Source: Thermoplasmata archaeon
Lineage (GTDB): Archaea > Thermoplasmatota > Thermoplasmata > Lutacidiplasmatales > UBA184
Direction: 5' to 3'
Assembly: GCA_052326485.1 (NCBI GenBank)
Contig: JBKQMS010000015.1
Location: 5,492-69,491 of the forward strand
DNA length: 64,000 nt
A program made the position numbers and the translations under genes. This document shows, piece by piece, positions 19,201 through 29,469 of this stretch (positions are counted from its first letter, which is position 1; each line of letters starts with the position of its first letter). The notes beneath the pieces are model-generated. The model saw nothing but the letters and a program-made list of their open reading frames with translations, was not told the origin of the DNA and searched no databases.

Positions 19201-20815
19201 GATGACCTCCGACCGTGATCACGGCGAAGACGGCGAGACTGAGCAGGAGCAGAAGGCCCGCCGCCGCGTCGGCGACGGGGAAGAGCCGGACCTCGGAGAG
19301 CGCATAGAGTGCGACGGGAAGGGTCGTGAGCTGGGGAGGCACGAGGAAGTTCGTCGCGGTGAACTCTCCGAGACCGAAGGCGAAGGCGAACAGCCCGACC
19401 GTCACGAGACCGTCCCGGACCCGGGGGAGGTCGGCGTCCAGGAAGGCGCCGAACGACGTCGCCCCGAGCGTCCGAGCGGTGTCCCGGGCGGCCGCGGAGA
19501 GGCCCGCGAGCGGGATCTCGAGGCTCTGGAGGGCGAACGGGAGCGCCAGGATCGCCTGGCTCACGATCACGAGCGTCCAGACGTTCGAGCCGGTGCCGAC
19601 GAACGGACGCCAGAAGGAGGAGAGGGCGAACGCCAGGACGACCGGAGAGAGGAGGAGCGGGACGAACAGGAGGAGCCCGAGCGCGACCGCCCGGTCCGGT
19701 CGGCGCACGACCGCGTAGCCGCTCGCCACGCACAGGAGGAGGGCGAGGAGCGCGGCGACGACCGCGAAGAAGAGCGTGTTCCCGAGCGCCCCGAGCGCGG
19801 AGACCCCGAGGTGGTCCGTGGTCGAGGAGGAGAACAGCGCGGCCCAGGCCGCACCGGCGCCGTAGTGTCCGGTCGGCGCCACCGTCCGGTAGAGGACGGC
19901 GGCGAGGAGGGCCCCTTCTGCGAGGAGGACGAGCGTGGTCTCGAGGGCCAGTGCCCAGCAGGCGGGGGCCCGCCAGTCGATCGGCCGAGGAGCGGCGGAC
20001 CGGCGTCCCGGGTTGGCCCTCAGGCGGCTCACCAGCGCGAGGTACACCGCGGTGGGCAGCAGCAACAGCAGCACCATCGCGAGCGCGAGGACCGCGGCCG
20101 CGTTGGGGTCCAGGAACGTCTGGTCGAGAGCATAGACCTGGGCCTCGAGCGTGTAACAGCGGGCGCTCGCCCCACAGAGGAGGAGCGGGGGCGCGAACGA
20201 GAGGGCCGAGAAGAGGAACGTCAGAAGCCCTCCGGCCGCCGCGCCGACCCACGTCGGTCGCGCCCAGACCTCGCGGTACGCCCTCGACGGGGGTCCTCCC
20301 AGGGTGGCGACCGTCTCCTCGAGCTCGACCGAGGCCCCTTCGCAACCCGTGGCCGTGAGGAGCAGGACGATCGGGACGTTGAAGAAGAGGTTCGCGGCGA
20401 TGATCGCCGGGATCCCGCTCCCGAACCAGGCGGTCGCGGGAAGCGCGCTCGAGACGACGCCCGACGGGCCGAACAGGTCGAGCACGCCGAGAACGACCAC
20501 GAGGCTCGGCAGCAGGAACGGGATGAGGAGCAGGGAGCGAAGGAGCGACCGGCCCCGGAACGCGTAGCGACCTACGAACACTCCGGCCGGGTACCCCAAC
20601 CCCACGGCGAGGGCGGCCGACAGCGCTCCCTGCTCGAGGGAGTTGTCGAGGGAGCGGAGGTTCCGTGACGCGGAGACGACCGCGACGAACCCGTTCGCTC
20701 CACCCACCTGGGCGAGCGCGTTCGCGAAGAGGACGGCGACCGGGAGGAGCGCGAAGAGCGCGACGAAGGCGACCACGGGGAGGAGGAAGCCGAACCCCTC
20801 GGACCGGAACCGCAT
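19187..20815 (-). CDS. ABC transporter permease, fused two-domain type (ThiP/FbpB-like)
   Basis: Start moved to ATG 20813-20815 ([15 protein letters not shown]...). About 542 aa with two tandem permease halves. Starts 2 nt after the binding-protein stop. Confidence 0.85.
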   Translation of the reverse strand: MRFRSEGFGFLLPVVAFVALFALLPVAVLFANALAQVGGANGFVAVVSASRNLRSLDNSLEQGALSAALAVGLGYPAGVFVGRYAFRGRSLLRSLLLIPFLLPSLVVVLGVLDLFGPSGVVSSALPATAWFGSGIPAIIAANLFFNVPIVLLLTATGCEGASVELEETVATLGGPPSRAYREVWARPTWVGAAAGGLLTFLFSALSFAPPLLLCGASARCYTLEAQVYALDQTFLDPNAAAVLALAMVLLLLLPTAVYLALVSRLRANPGRRSAAPRPIDWRAPACWALALETTLVLLAEGALLAAVLYRTVAPTGHYGAGAAWAALFSSSTTDHLGVSALGALGNTLFFAVVAALLALLLCVASGYAVVRRPDRAVALGLLLFVPLLLSPVVLAFALSSFWRPFVGTGSNVWTLVIVSQAILALPFALQSLEIPLAGLSAAARDTARTLGATSFGAFLDADLPRVRDGLVTVGLFAFAFGLGEFTATNFLVPPQLTTLPVALYALSEVRLFPVADAAAGLLLLLSLAVFAVITVGGHRVEL

Positions 20816-20817
20816 CC

Positions 20818-21999
20818 TCAGCCCCCCGCGAGCGACTGCCAGGTGTCGAGCCACCCGTTCGAGGCGGTGAGGTTCGCGGCGACCGCGGCGGGCGTGGTCG
20901 CGTTGTTCAGCGCGACGACCATCGCCGGGTCGATCGCGGCAGAGAAGGCCGGGGGAAGCGCCACCGTCTCGTTGGCCGGGTACTCCCACTCGTTCTCGGG
21001 CAGGTACGACTGGAACGTCCCGCTGAGGATCCAGTCCTCGAGCTCCCGAGCGAGCGTCGCGTGCCGGGAGCCTTGGACCACCCCCACGCCGTAGATGGTC
21101 CGCCACCCGTACGCGGTCCCGTTCCACCACGAGACGGTCGAGTTCAGCGCTCCCGCCTCGCCGTTCGCGAGCGCGTACGCGGGGTCCGTGGCGTAGCTCA
21201 CCACGAGCTGGTTCGCCCCGGCGGGGCTCCCGAACTCACCGAAGGCGGTCGACCAGTCGGTCGCCGGGTTCGGGTGGGTCTCGGCGAAGAACCGCTGCCA
21301 GAAATCCTGCCAGCTCTGATGGAGGACGGTCTCGTAGTACTCGATCTGCCAAGCGAGGAACTCCTCGCCCGTGATGTCGTAGATGGGGTTCTCGGTGACG
21401 AGCTGGGCGGCCCAGCTCGAGTTGTCGACAAGCTCGGGCATCGTCGCGTGAGCCACCGCCCCGTTCGTCTGGTTCAGGAATCCGGGCGTGTAGTCGACCG
21501 CGAGGAACCCGTACTCGTACGGCACGACCCCGTGGTCGGGGCTGAGCTCCGAGACGATCCACGGCGGGATCGTCGCGAGGGCGGGCGGGGAGTATGGGGC
21601 GAGGAGCCCGAGGGATTCCGCCTGCGGCGCCGTGATCTCGTCGAGGCCCACCACGAGGTCGGCCGCCGGGAGGTCGTAGTACGACGGGTTCTCGAGGGCG
21701 CTTACCAGGTTCCCCGACGGGCAGACGAGCTCCACGTGGACCCCGTGCGCCTGCTCGAACTCCCCGAGGAGCATCGAAAGGTTGGCCTCTCCGCAATTCC
21801 CGCTGAAGAGGGCCGAGTAGGTGTAGACCACGAGGGTGGTCTCCCCCGACGACGCTCCCGACTGGTAGTACTCGTAGGTGGCGAACCCCGCCATCACCAC
21901 GACCAGGGCGATGGCGACGGCGAACAGCGCCCTACCGATCCGGCCGGGCCGGCGCAGCCGCCGGGGACCCGAACCTACGGGGATCCCAGAACTCGTCAC
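20818..21999 (-). CDS. ABC transporter substrate-binding protein (thiamine/Fe3+ family, ThiB-like)
   Basis: 393 aa with an N-terminal hydrophobic anchor and a GTG start. Lies directly downstream of a TPP riboswitch. Confidence 0.8.
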   Translation of the reverse strand: MTSSGIPVGSGPRRLRRPGRIGRALFAVAIALVVVMAGFATYEYYQSGASSGETTLVVYTYSALFSGNCGEANLSMLLGEFEQAHGVHVELVCPSGNLVSALENPSYYDLPAADLVVGLDEITAPQAESLGLLAPYSPPALATIPPWIVSELSPDHGVVPYEYGFLAVDYTPGFLNQTNGAVAHATMPELVDNSSWAAQLVTENPIYDITGEEFLAWQIEYYETVLHQSWQDFWQRFFAETHPNPATDWSTAFGEFGSPAGANQLVVSYATDPAYALANGEAGALNSTVSWWNGTAYGWRTIYGVGVVQGSRHATLARELEDWILSGTFQSYLPENEWEYPANETVALPPAFSAAIDPAMVVALNNATTPAAVAANLTASNGWLDTWQSLAGG

Positions 22000-22039
22000 A
22001 TCCTCCGCGGGCTGGCGGAGAGTCGCCTTAGGTGTCGCA

Positions 22040-22135
22040 TCGCGTTCCCTTCGCGGGCATTATCCCGTGCAGGTTCGTGGGGTCGACGAGGTTCCCCTCG
22101 TCCTCTCAGCCGGTGCCCAGCTCCCCCTGCCAACC
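22040..22135 (-). promoter_or_regulatory. TPP (THI-box) riboswitch
   Basis: Minus-strand RNA reads GCAGGGGGAGCUGGGCACCGGCUGAGAGGACGAGGGGAACCUCGUCGACCCCACGAACCUGCACGGGAUAAUGCCCGCGAAGGGAACGCG. It contains the conserved CUGAGA, ACCUG, GGAUAAUGCC and GCGAAGGGAA blocks in canonical order. P5 shows a compensatory CGGG/CCCG pairing, and there is a P3-type hairpin insert GACGAGG/CCUCGUC. Confidence 0.88.
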
Positions 22136-22153
22136 TCTCGCAGGGCGGCGCTC

Positions 22154-22166
22154 ACATTAAGATTTC
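22154..22166 (-). promoter_or_regulatory. candidate TATA box for the riboswitch/ABC transcript
   Basis: Minus strand reads aaatcttaatgtg, about 25-30 nt upstream of the first riboswitch nucleotides (about 22130-22135). Confidence 0.4.
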
Positions 22167-22227
22167 GGGACGGCGGGAGCCGTCCGTATTATACGCGCGT
22201 CGGTTCTCGCTCGGACGGAACCCAGGT

Positions 22228-23172
22228 ATGACCGACCCCATCATGAAGCTCCAATTCGGTTCGGAGCTGGTCAAGCGAGGCTTCGCCCGCATGCAGCAGG
22301 GCGGGGTCATCATGGACGTGACCACGGCCGACCAGGCCGCCATCGCGGAGGAAGCGGGGGCGGTCGCGGTGATGGCGCTCGAGAGGGTTCCCGCCGACAT
22401 TCGGGCGGCCGGTGGAGTGGCCCGGATGGCCGACCCCGTCAAGGTCCGGGAGATCAAGGAACGTGTGTCGATCCCGGTCATGGCGAAGTGTCGGATCGGC
22501 CACACGGCCGAGGCCCGGATCCTTCAGGCGTTGGCGGTGGACATGATCGACGAGTCCGAGGTCCTCACCCCGGCCGACCCGTTCCAGCACGTCGACAAGA
22601 AGGCGTTCAAGATCCCGTTCGTCTGCGGAGCCCGGAACCTCGGGGAGGCGCTCCGCCGGATCGAGGAAGGCGCGGCGATGATCCGGACGAAGGGCGAAGC
22701 GGGCACCGGCAACGTGGTGGAGGCGATCCGGCACATCCGTCAGATGCTCTACGACGTCGCCGAGGTCCAGAAGCTGCCGAAGAAGGACGTCGTCACCTGG
22801 GCGAAGAAGGAGCGCGTCTTGGAGGCCACGGTCAACGAGGTGCGGACGCTCGGACGTCTTCCGGTCGTGAACTTCGCGGCCGGCGGGATCGCCACGCCGG
22901 CTGACGCCGCGCTCTGCCGCCTCCTCGGGGTGGACGGCGTGTTCGTCGGGAGCGGGATCTTCAAGGCCCAGCACCCGATGAAGGTCGCGCGGGCCATCGT
23001 CGAGGCGTCCCTCCACTACGACGACCCCGAGGTGCTCGCCCGCGTTTCGTCCGGGCTCGGTGAGGCGATGAAGGGGCTCGAGATCGCCACGATCCCCGCC
23101 GACGCGCGCTTACAAGGCCGGGAGTCGGAGCCGATCTCGGCGACCCCCCGGCGCGTCTACCCCGAGAGCTGA
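22228..23172 (+). CDS. pdxS: pyridoxal 5'-phosphate synthase lyase subunit PdxS
   Basis: Start moved to ATG 22228 (the listed 835-aa ORF is an artefactual N-terminal extension). [59 protein letters not shown] is the typical PdxS N-terminus. Confidence 0.95.
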   Translation: MTDPIMKLQFGSELVKRGFARMQQGGVIMDVTTADQAAIAEEAGAVAVMALERVPADIRAAGGVARMADPVKVREIKERVSIPVMAKCRIGHTAEARILQALAVDMIDESEVLTPADPFQHVDKKAFKIPFVCGARNLGEALRRIEEGAAMIRTKGEAGTGNVVEAIRHIRQMLYDVAEVQKLPKKDVVTWAKKERVLEATVNEVRTLGRLPVVNFAAGGIATPADAALCRLLGVDGVFVGSGIFKAQHPMKVARAIVEASLHYDDPEVLARVSSGLGEAMKGLEIATIPADARLQGRESEPISATPRRVYPES

Positions 23173-23231
23173 GCTCGGCAGCGGAGGCTGCGGCGAAGGC
23201 CGTAAAGGGGGGGGCGCCGTAGGGCGGCCTC

Positions 23232-24365
23232 GTGCGGATCGTCCAGGTCTCGCCGTTCTTCCACCCCCATGCCGGGGGCGTGGAGTCCCACGTCCGCGGG
23301 GTCGTGCGCGAGCTCGCACGCGAGGGCCACGAGGTCACGGTCGTCACCTCACGCTACAACCGCGACCTTCCCGCCGAGGAAGAGACCGAAGGGTTCCGCA
23401 TCCTGCGAACCCGGACGCTGGGGGTCCTGCTCGACACGCCCCTCGACCTCGGCACCCGCCGCACCGTGAGGTCCCTCTCGCCGGACGTGTTCCACCTGCA
23501 CTACCCCCCTCCCTTGACGTCCTACTTCGCTTCCCGCGAGCTGAGGCACCGGAAGATCCCGGTCTGCCTCACCTACCACTGCGACCTCTACCTTCCGGGC
23601 GCCGCGGGAAGGCTCCTCGCGGGTCTCTACCAGACGGTGTTCCTGCCCTCCACCCTCGACCGCACGGACCGTGTCATCGTCCACACGAAGAGCTACGGCA
23701 GCACCTCCGCGATGCTGCGAGGGCGGGAGCTCACCGTGATCCCGTCGGCGGTGGACCTGGACCGGTTCCGGCCCGGGCTCGATGCGAGCCGACTCCGCGC
23801 CGACCTTCACCTCGAGGGAAAGCGGGTCGCGGTCTTCACCGGGCGGCTCGTTCCGCACAAGGGCGTGGACGTCATCCTGGAGGCCCTCGCCCAGCTGCCC
23901 CGCGACGTGGTGCTCGTCGTAATCGGGGCCGGACCCCGTCTACCGAGCCTCGTCCGGCTCGCCCGGCGGCTCGGGGTTAACGACCGGGTCCGGTTCTGCC
24001 CCGCCGTCTCCGACGAGGACCTCCCCCGATTCCTGGCGCTCGGCGACGTCTTCGTCTTCCCTTCCCAGAACCGCCTCGAGGGGTTCGGCCTCGCGGTCGC
24101 CGAGGCGATGGCGGTAGGACTCCCGGTGGTGGTCGCCGACATGCCCGGGGTGAGGGAGGTCATCGAGTCCGGGCGCGAAGGCCTGCTTGCGGAACCGCTG
24201 ATCGCGAGCGACCTAGCGGAGAAGATCCGCACCATCCTGGACGACCCGGGGCTCGCGAGGCGCATGGGCCGCGCGGGCCGGGACCGGGCCGAGTCCCGCT
24301 ACGCGTTGCCGGTCGTCGCGCGCGCGCTCGTCAGCCTGTACGAAGGCCTGCGCGCAGCTGGTTGA
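23232..24365 (+). CDS. glycosyltransferase family 4
   Basis: 377 aa with a GTG start. GT-B pattern with the EGFGLAVAEAMAVGLPVV (E-x7-E region) motif. Confidence 0.85.
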   Translation: MRIVQVSPFFHPHAGGVESHVRGVVRELAREGHEVTVVTSRYNRDLPAEEETEGFRILRTRTLGVLLDTPLDLGTRRTVRSLSPDVFHLHYPPPLTSYFASRELRHRKIPVCLTYHCDLYLPGAAGRLLAGLYQTVFLPSTLDRTDRVIVHTKSYGSTSAMLRGRELTVIPSAVDLDRFRPGLDASRLRADLHLEGKRVAVFTGRLVPHKGVDVILEALAQLPRDVVLVVIGAGPRLPSLVRLARRLGVNDRVRFCPAVSDEDLPRFLALGDVFVFPSQNRLEGFGLAVAEAMAVGLPVVVADMPGVREVIESGREGLLAEPLIASDLAEKIRTILDDPGLARRMGRAGRDRAESRYALPVVARALVSLYEGLRAAG

Positions 24366-25173
24366 TCTGGACCTTCAGGCGCTCGGCCTCCGCGCCCGCC
24401 GCCTTCTTCCAGTCGGGACCGGCCGAGGCGTAGAGGATGCTGCGGGAGGCGTTCACGAGGAGGGCGCGCCCGTGGGCGTCGACACCCTCTCGGACCGCGG
24501 TGGCGAGCGAGCCCCCCTGCGCCCCGACCCCCGGGACGAGGATGGGGATCCCGTTGCCCAAGGTGGCGCGAGCGGCATGGAACGCGTCCGAGAACGTCGC
24601 GCCGAGCACGACGCCCACGTTCCCGTGGGCATGCGCGAGCCGACGGACCTCCCCGACCACGGCGAGCCAGAGGGGTCCCCGAGGGGTGGGGATCTCCTGG
24701 AAGTCGAGCGAGCCCGGATTGGATGAGTGGGCGACCACGAACACGCCGTGCACAGGGTCGTCCAGGAACGGCTGAAGGGTCTCCCAGCCGAGCCAGGGAG
24801 TGAAGGTGACCGCGTCGAAGCCGAACTGGCGGAAGGCCCCGTCCCGCATCATTCTCAGCGAGTTCGGGATGTCGTTCGCCTTGAGGTCGAGGATCCTTAG
24901 GCGGGTCGGGCCGATCTTGCGGCAGAGGCGGGAGAGGACCTCGACCCCGGGCGCGCCGTATTGGAGGTAGGCGCCGAGCTGCATCTTGTAGGCGGCGGCG
25001 TGCGGGTAGGTCGCCCCGATGACGCCGTTGAGGAACCGCTCGAGCTGTGCCTTTGAGCCGAGACGATGCAGGCTCTTCGGCATCGACGCCGGGTCCGGGT
25101 CCAGGCCGACGCACACGAGCGAGTTCCGAGCGACCAGGATCCGGTCGACCCGTTGGGAGAACTTCGTCACCAC
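24331..25173 (-). CDS. pyrF: orotidine-5'-phosphate decarboxylase (type 2)
   Basis: 280 aa with a GTG start. VCVGLDPD and DLKANDIPNS motifs. Its 3' end overlaps the convergent GT4 gene by 35 nt. Confidence 0.85.
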   Translation of the reverse strand: MVTKFSQRVDRILVARNSLVCVGLDPDPASMPKSLHRLGSKAQLERFLNGVIGATYPHAAAYKMQLGAYLQYGAPGVEVLSRLCRKIGPTRLRILDLKANDIPNSLRMMRDGAFRQFGFDAVTFTPWLGWETLQPFLDDPVHGVFVVAHSSNPGSLDFQEIPTPRGPLWLAVVGEVRRLAHAHGNVGVVLGATFSDAFHAARATLGNGIPILVPGVGAQGGSLATAVREGVDAHGRALLVNASRSILYASAGPDWKKAAGAEAERLKVQINQLRAGLRTG

Positions 25174-25339
25174 GGCCCGCGGGTCATGGGCTCCGGGGGA
25201 AAAGGATTATCACCGGCGGGCGCGCCCGCCTGCGGCTCCTCGGGGACGCTCGCGCCATGTCGAAGAGCGGCGTTCACCGTCCGTGGCCCTCGGGGCGCTT
25301 TTATGACCGGGCGAGGTGGCCACCCTAGCGTCCTCACCC

Positions 25340-26509
25340 ATGACCGCCGAACCGACCCCCACCACCCCCGTCGAGACCCGCCTTCGGGACCTGCGACCCG
25401 ACGTGTCGCCCGTCGAGCTGGTTGCCCGCGTGATCACGTTCGAGAGGCGGGACGTCACGCGGAGGTCGGACGGAAGCCGCCGCCCGCTGCTCTCGGGCCT
25501 TCTGAGCGACGGGACGGCAACCGTGAGGTTCACCTGGTGGGACCCTCCCCGGGAGGGAATCGAGCGGGGCCTCGTGCTGCGTGCGGTAGGCGCGGAGGTG
25601 CGTGAGTTCCGGGGTCGCCCCGAGGTGACGTTCAGCTGGAAGACCCGCGTGGGGCCCGCGAGTCCCGCCGAGCTTCCCCGCGTCGACGCGAACGACGTTC
25701 CGTTTCGGACGGTCGGCGAGCTGCGTCCCTCCGACGAGGGGTTCCGCGTCGAGGTTCGGGTCGTCCGCATCGCCCCGAAGACCGTGACCGTCGGGACCGA
25801 GCGTCGGGTCGTCCACCAAGGGCTCGTTGCCGACCGTGCGGGGGCGATTGCCCTCTCGGCCTGGAGCGACTTCGGGCTCAACGTGGGCGAGGCGGTCCGG
25901 ATCGCCGGCGGATACGTTCGGGGCTTCCGTGGGCGCCCGCAGCTCGTGCTGGACGAGCGCTCCAGCGTCGTGCGCGTGGAGGGAAGCGACCTCCCGGACC
26001 CGGCTTCGGTCTTGGCCGCTCCTCCCCGCTCCATCGCCGAGGTGGAGGATGAGGGGGGTGGGGAAGCTATCGCCGTGGAAGGGGTGGTCGTGGGCCTCCT
26101 GCCGCCGAGCGGGCTCGTCTTCCGGTGCCCTACCTGTCAGCGCTCCGTCCGTAGCGGGATCTGCCGCGTGCATGGCCAGGTCAACGGTCAGGCCGACCTT
26201 CGCGCCCGGATCATCCTGGACGACGGGACGGGAGCGCTCACGGTGAACGCGAACCGCGCCGACACCGAGCGGCTCTGGGGAGTGACGCTCGAAGAAGCCC
26301 AGGCGCGTCTCCGCAACCAGCCGGACCCGAGCCTCCTCGAAGAGCAGATGCTCGAGACCCTCCTCGGCCGCCGGCTGCGCGTCCGGGGGGTCGGAACGAA
26401 CGACGACTTCGGCGTGACGCTCGCTCCGGAGTCGATCGAGCGGGTCGACATCGACCTGGACGCGGCGGCGGAGGAGCTCACCGCTCGCCTCGGGGAGCGC
26501 CGCGGATGA
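25340..26509 (+). CDS. replication protein A (OB-fold ssDNA-binding protein with zinc ribbon)
   Basis: I chose ATG 25340 as the start, with cttttatg about 38 nt upstream. OB-fold repeats and the zinc ribbon CPTCQRSVRSGICRVHG. Confidence 0.75.
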   Translation: MTAEPTPTTPVETRLRDLRPDVSPVELVARVITFERRDVTRRSDGSRRPLLSGLLSDGTATVRFTWWDPPREGIERGLVLRAVGAEVREFRGRPEVTFSWKTRVGPASPAELPRVDANDVPFRTVGELRPSDEGFRVEVRVVRIAPKTVTVGTERRVVHQGLVADRAGAIALSAWSDFGLNVGEAVRIAGGYVRGFRGRPQLVLDERSSVVRVEGSDLPDPASVLAAPPRSIAEVEDEGGGEAIAVEGVVVGLLPPSGLVFRCPTCQRSVRSGICRVHGQVNGQADLRARIILDDGTGALTVNANRADTERLWGVTLEEAQARLRNQPDPSLLEEQMLETLLGRRLRVRGVGTNDDFGVTLAPESIERVDIDLDAAAEELTARLGERRG

Positions 26510-27426
26510 GCCTTAGGGAACCGGCCTGGCGGGTCACGGCCCGCGAGCTCGAGAGCTCGCTCGAAGAGGAAAAGGGGGAGGGGGAGCGTCCGGCCTCGTA
26601 CCTCCTCTCTCCGTTCGCCGCGCGCATGAACCGGGTCCTCTTGGCCGGGACCCTCTCGCCGGCCGAATCGATCGGTCGGGACGAGGCCCAGGCGTTCTGG
26701 CGGGCGCGGTTCAGCGACCCCACGGGGACGGTGGCGGTCACCGCCGGGTCCTTCGAGCCCCGCGCGATGGCCCAGCTGCGCTCCGCCTCCGCGCCTCGAC
26801 CCGCAATCGTGGTCGGCAAGGTCCACCTGTTCCGGGGACGCGACGCCGTCGCGTACATTTCCGTCCGAGCGGAGGCGGTTCGCTCGGTCGCCGAGGCCGA
26901 AGAACGGGCCGCCCTCGCCGACATCGTTCGGCAGACCCTCGACCGCCTCGACCTCATGGAACGGGTCGAGAAGGACCCTGCCCTTTCCGAAGAAGCGTTC
27001 CGCAAGGAAGGGATCCCGCTATCGTGGGTGCGGGCGGCGAAGGAGTCCCAGCACCGGTACCCGAACGTCGACCGCGCGGCGTTCCGACGAGAGCTCGCGA
27101 ATGCCGTCCGGCGCGTGGCGGGCGAGAGCGGCCCGACTCGGGCGACGCTTCCGACCCCGCCGACGGTGGTCGTGACCCGCGCCGAGCCTCCTCGGACACC
27201 CTCGCCCGCGCCGTCGGCCGCGGAACGGGCGGAAGAGTCGCTGTTCCTCGACCAGCTGGACGAGGTGGCGGACGTCTCCGCCGACGGGTACGCCGACCTC
27301 AAGGAGGTCCTCTCCCGCGTCTCGGCCCACGGGCTCGCCGGGGAGCGCGCTGAGGCCATCCTGAATCGGCTCGAGGAAGACGGCGCCATCGAGGAGCCGA
27401 TCGTGGGGAAGCTTCGGCGCGCCTGA
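26506..27426 (+). CDS. RPA-associated protein (COG3390-like), putative
   Basis: ATGA start/stop overlap with the RPA gene. N-terminal OB-like region and a C-terminal winged-helix-like tail. This gene order is typical of euryarchaeal rpa-rpap operons. Confidence 0.5.
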   Translation: MSLREPAWRVTARELESSLEEEKGEGERPASYLLSPFAARMNRVLLAGTLSPAESIGRDEAQAFWRARFSDPTGTVAVTAGSFEPRAMAQLRSASAPRPAIVVGKVHLFRGRDAVAYISVRAEAVRSVAEAEERAALADIVRQTLDRLDLMERVEKDPALSEEAFRKEGIPLSWVRAAKESQHRYPNVDRAAFRRELANAVRRVAGESGPTRATLPTPPTVVVTRAEPPRTPSPAPSAAERAEESLFLDQLDEVADVSADGYADLKEVLSRVSAHGLAGERAEAILNRLEEDGAIEEPIVGKLRRA

Positions 27427-27553
27427 CGACCCTCCCCGAGGGTTTATATCGGGTCCCTCCTCGGGGGCGCGGGGGAATGAGGAACACCTGTCTCTCCGAA
27501 TCGATGACGAGACCAGCGACGAGCTGACCCCCAATCTCTGTTCTTCGTAAGCG

Positions 27554-28477
27554 ATGGCGACCCAGCAACCCTCCCGCATCCTCCTCGTCGTGCTCGTCGT
27601 CGTCCTGCTCGCCGCCGCGGGAGCGGCGGCCGCCGTCGTCTACGAGATCAACAAGCCGAAGGCGGTCTCGCCGGTCCTCACGATCGCGGCGGGAGACAAC
27701 GTCACCGTGAACTACGTCGGCGAGTTCGGCAGCGGGGCCCAGACCGGTCGCGTGTTCGACACGTCGATCTACTCGGTGGCGCAGAACAACCAGTCGTACC
27801 CGAAGTCGCTCGAGTACCAGTCCCGCGGGCCGGTGACCGCGTACACCCCGCTGGGCGTCCACGTCGGGACAGGCGCCCCCGCGAGCGGCTACACCCTCGG
27901 GAACCTCACGTTCAACGAGGTCGTGACCGGCTTCTGGCAGGGTCTGGTCGGCGTCGCGGGCAACCAGAGCCACACGATCGTCGTGCCTCCCGGCCTCGGC
28001 TACGGTCCTCTCAACGCGAGCTGCCTCGGATCGTCCCCGCTGGTCTACACGGTCCCGGTGCTCACGTTCGTCTCGGTCACGGAGTTCGGGGTCCTCTATC
28101 CCAGCGTCAACGCGACCGTCGGCCAAGTGTTCCCGGACCCGACCTACGGGTGGAACGACTCGGTGCTCGCCGTGAACGAGTCGACCATCGCGGTCCAGGC
28201 CCTGCCGACCCTCGGCGAGACGACCCACCCGAACGGGCTTCCGTACGTCGTCTCGAGCCTGAACGCGACGTCGATCACGCTCTCGAGCCGGCTCACCCCC
28301 TCGGACGCCGGCCTTGTCCTGGGTCAGCTTTCGAGCGGCAGCCTCTGCGGGAAGACGAAGTTCATCGTCAGCGCGGTCGACCCGGCGGCCGGCACGTTCA
28401 CGGAGAACTTTAACCCCGAGGTCCAGGGCGAGACCCTCGACTTCGTCGTGACGGTGGTCGACATCTTCCCGGCGTGA
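27554..28477 (+). CDS. membrane-anchored FKBP-type peptidyl-prolyl isomerase-like protein
   Basis: N-terminal TM anchor. GDNVTVNYVGEF...GRVFDTS...VVTGFWQGLVGV...VVPPGLGYG follows the FKBP pattern with inserts. Confidence 0.5.
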   Translation: MATQQPSRILLVVLVVVLLAAAGAAAAVVYEINKPKAVSPVLTIAAGDNVTVNYVGEFGSGAQTGRVFDTSIYSVAQNNQSYPKSLEYQSRGPVTAYTPLGVHVGTGAPASGYTLGNLTFNEVVTGFWQGLVGVAGNQSHTIVVPPGLGYGPLNASCLGSSPLVYTVPVLTFVSVTEFGVLYPSVNATVGQVFPDPTYGWNDSVLAVNESTIAVQALPTLGETTHPNGLPYVVSSLNATSITLSSRLTPSDAGLVLGQLSSGSLCGKTKFIVSAVDPAAGTFTENFNPEVQGETLDFVVTVVDIFPA

Positions 28478-28484
28478 ACCGGGC

Positions 28485-29414
28485 TCACCCGCCGAGGGTG
28501 ATCTTCCCGCGCTTCAGCAGCTCTTCGAGCTGGGCCTCCGCGGTCGTCGCGAGGAGCTCCTCGGACGGAGGACCGCGGGAGTGGGAGTACGTCCGCAGCA
28601 TGCGTCGGGCCTGTTCGCGCCGCGACCGGGAATTCGCGAGGAGCTGACGGGCCTCGTGGTCGAGCTCGTTCATCTCGCGGCTGAGGCCGTCGATCTTCGC
28701 GATCGCCTCGGCCCGGGCCCGCCCCTTCTCGCGCAGTGAGGCGATGAGCCCTCCCGCGACCTCGAGCTTCTCGCGGACCGCGGTCATCTTCGAATCGCGT
28801 TCGGCCTTGGCTGCGGCCAGCTCATGAGTGCGAAGGGTGAACTCCTCGCGCGCGGCGGCGAGCGCCGCCTCAGCGTCCTTGAGCTTCTGCTGGTGGGCCG
28901 CGACGACCGCGGTCCGCGTCTCGGCCTGCTTCAGCTCCCGCGTCCGCTGGCGCAGGAGCGCGATGAGCGCGTTCTCCTCGTCGAGCGGCAAGGCGCGGGT
29001 CTGCTGGCGGAGCTCGAGCTCGGCGATCTCCTTGCGGATCTGATCCGGGCGCACCCGTTCCCCGGGGGCAAAGGTGAGCCGCACCTCCCGGACCTGGACG
29101 ATGGCTCCCTCGACCTTCTTGCGCGCCGCTTCGCGGGCGTTGCGGACCTCGGCGATGCGCTTTCCGAGCGCGTGGTGCTCCTCGTACAGCCGCTCGACCT
29201 CGACCTGGGGGGCCTGGCGACGGTCGTAGATCGCCTTCTGCTCGGAGGAGATGCGACGGACCTCGACGATCAGGTCCTCCCGACGGTCGAAGAGGGACCG
29301 CAGCTTCGTGTCGAGCGAGCGGAGCCGTTCCCGCTCCTCTCGGTCTTCGCGTTCTTCTTCGTCGGAGAGCAGCGCGCGCGGAGGCACGCCCCACCGAGGG
29401 TTCGCACCTCTCAA
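28485..29414 (-). CDS. coiled-coil protein (archaeal COG1340-like)
   Basis: 309 aa, E/R/K/A-rich with heptad-like periodicity throughout. Confidence 0.55.
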   Translation of the reverse strand: MRGANPRWGVPPRALLSDEEEREDREERERLRSLDTKLRSLFDRREDLIVEVRRISSEQKAIYDRRQAPQVEVERLYEEHHALGKRIAEVRNAREAARKKVEGAIVQVREVRLTFAPGERVRPDQIRKEIAELELRQQTRALPLDEENALIALLRQRTRELKQAETRTAVVAAHQQKLKDAEAALAAAREEFTLRTHELAAAKAERDSKMTAVREKLEVAGGLIASLREKGRARAEAIAKIDGLSREMNELDHEARQLLANSRSRREQARRMLRTYSHSRGPPSEELLATTAEAQLEELLKRGKITLGG

Positions 29415-29469
29415 AAGCCCTTCCCTCGGCCCAGTTCCCGGCGGGGGAAATGCCTTCGCCTGCGGGGAA

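Noticed and set aside
20665-23172. 835-aa ORF on the plus strand spanning the ABC binding-protein gene and pdxS
   Set aside because: Only the last 314 codons (from ATG 22228) are PdxS. The upstream 520 codons are Arg/Gly/Pro-rich and run antisense to the well-supported ABC binding-protein and permease genes, which is typical of high-GC open frames. The same reasoning rejects 7185..8897(-), 31572..33221(-), 30682..32484(-), 35787..37232(-), 46141..47643(-), 18987..20345(-), 52172..54175(+), 9876..11555(+) and the other long Arg-rich overlapping ORFs.
27431-27467. Hairpin ccccgagg-N17-cctcgggg after the RPA operon as a transcription terminator
   Set aside because: Archaeal termination relies mainly on oligo-T tracts, and none follows. 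The loop contains tttatatc, which could equally be a TATA box for the downstream FKBP-like gene, although it lies about 100 nt from that ATG. The function is ambiguous, so I did not annotate it.
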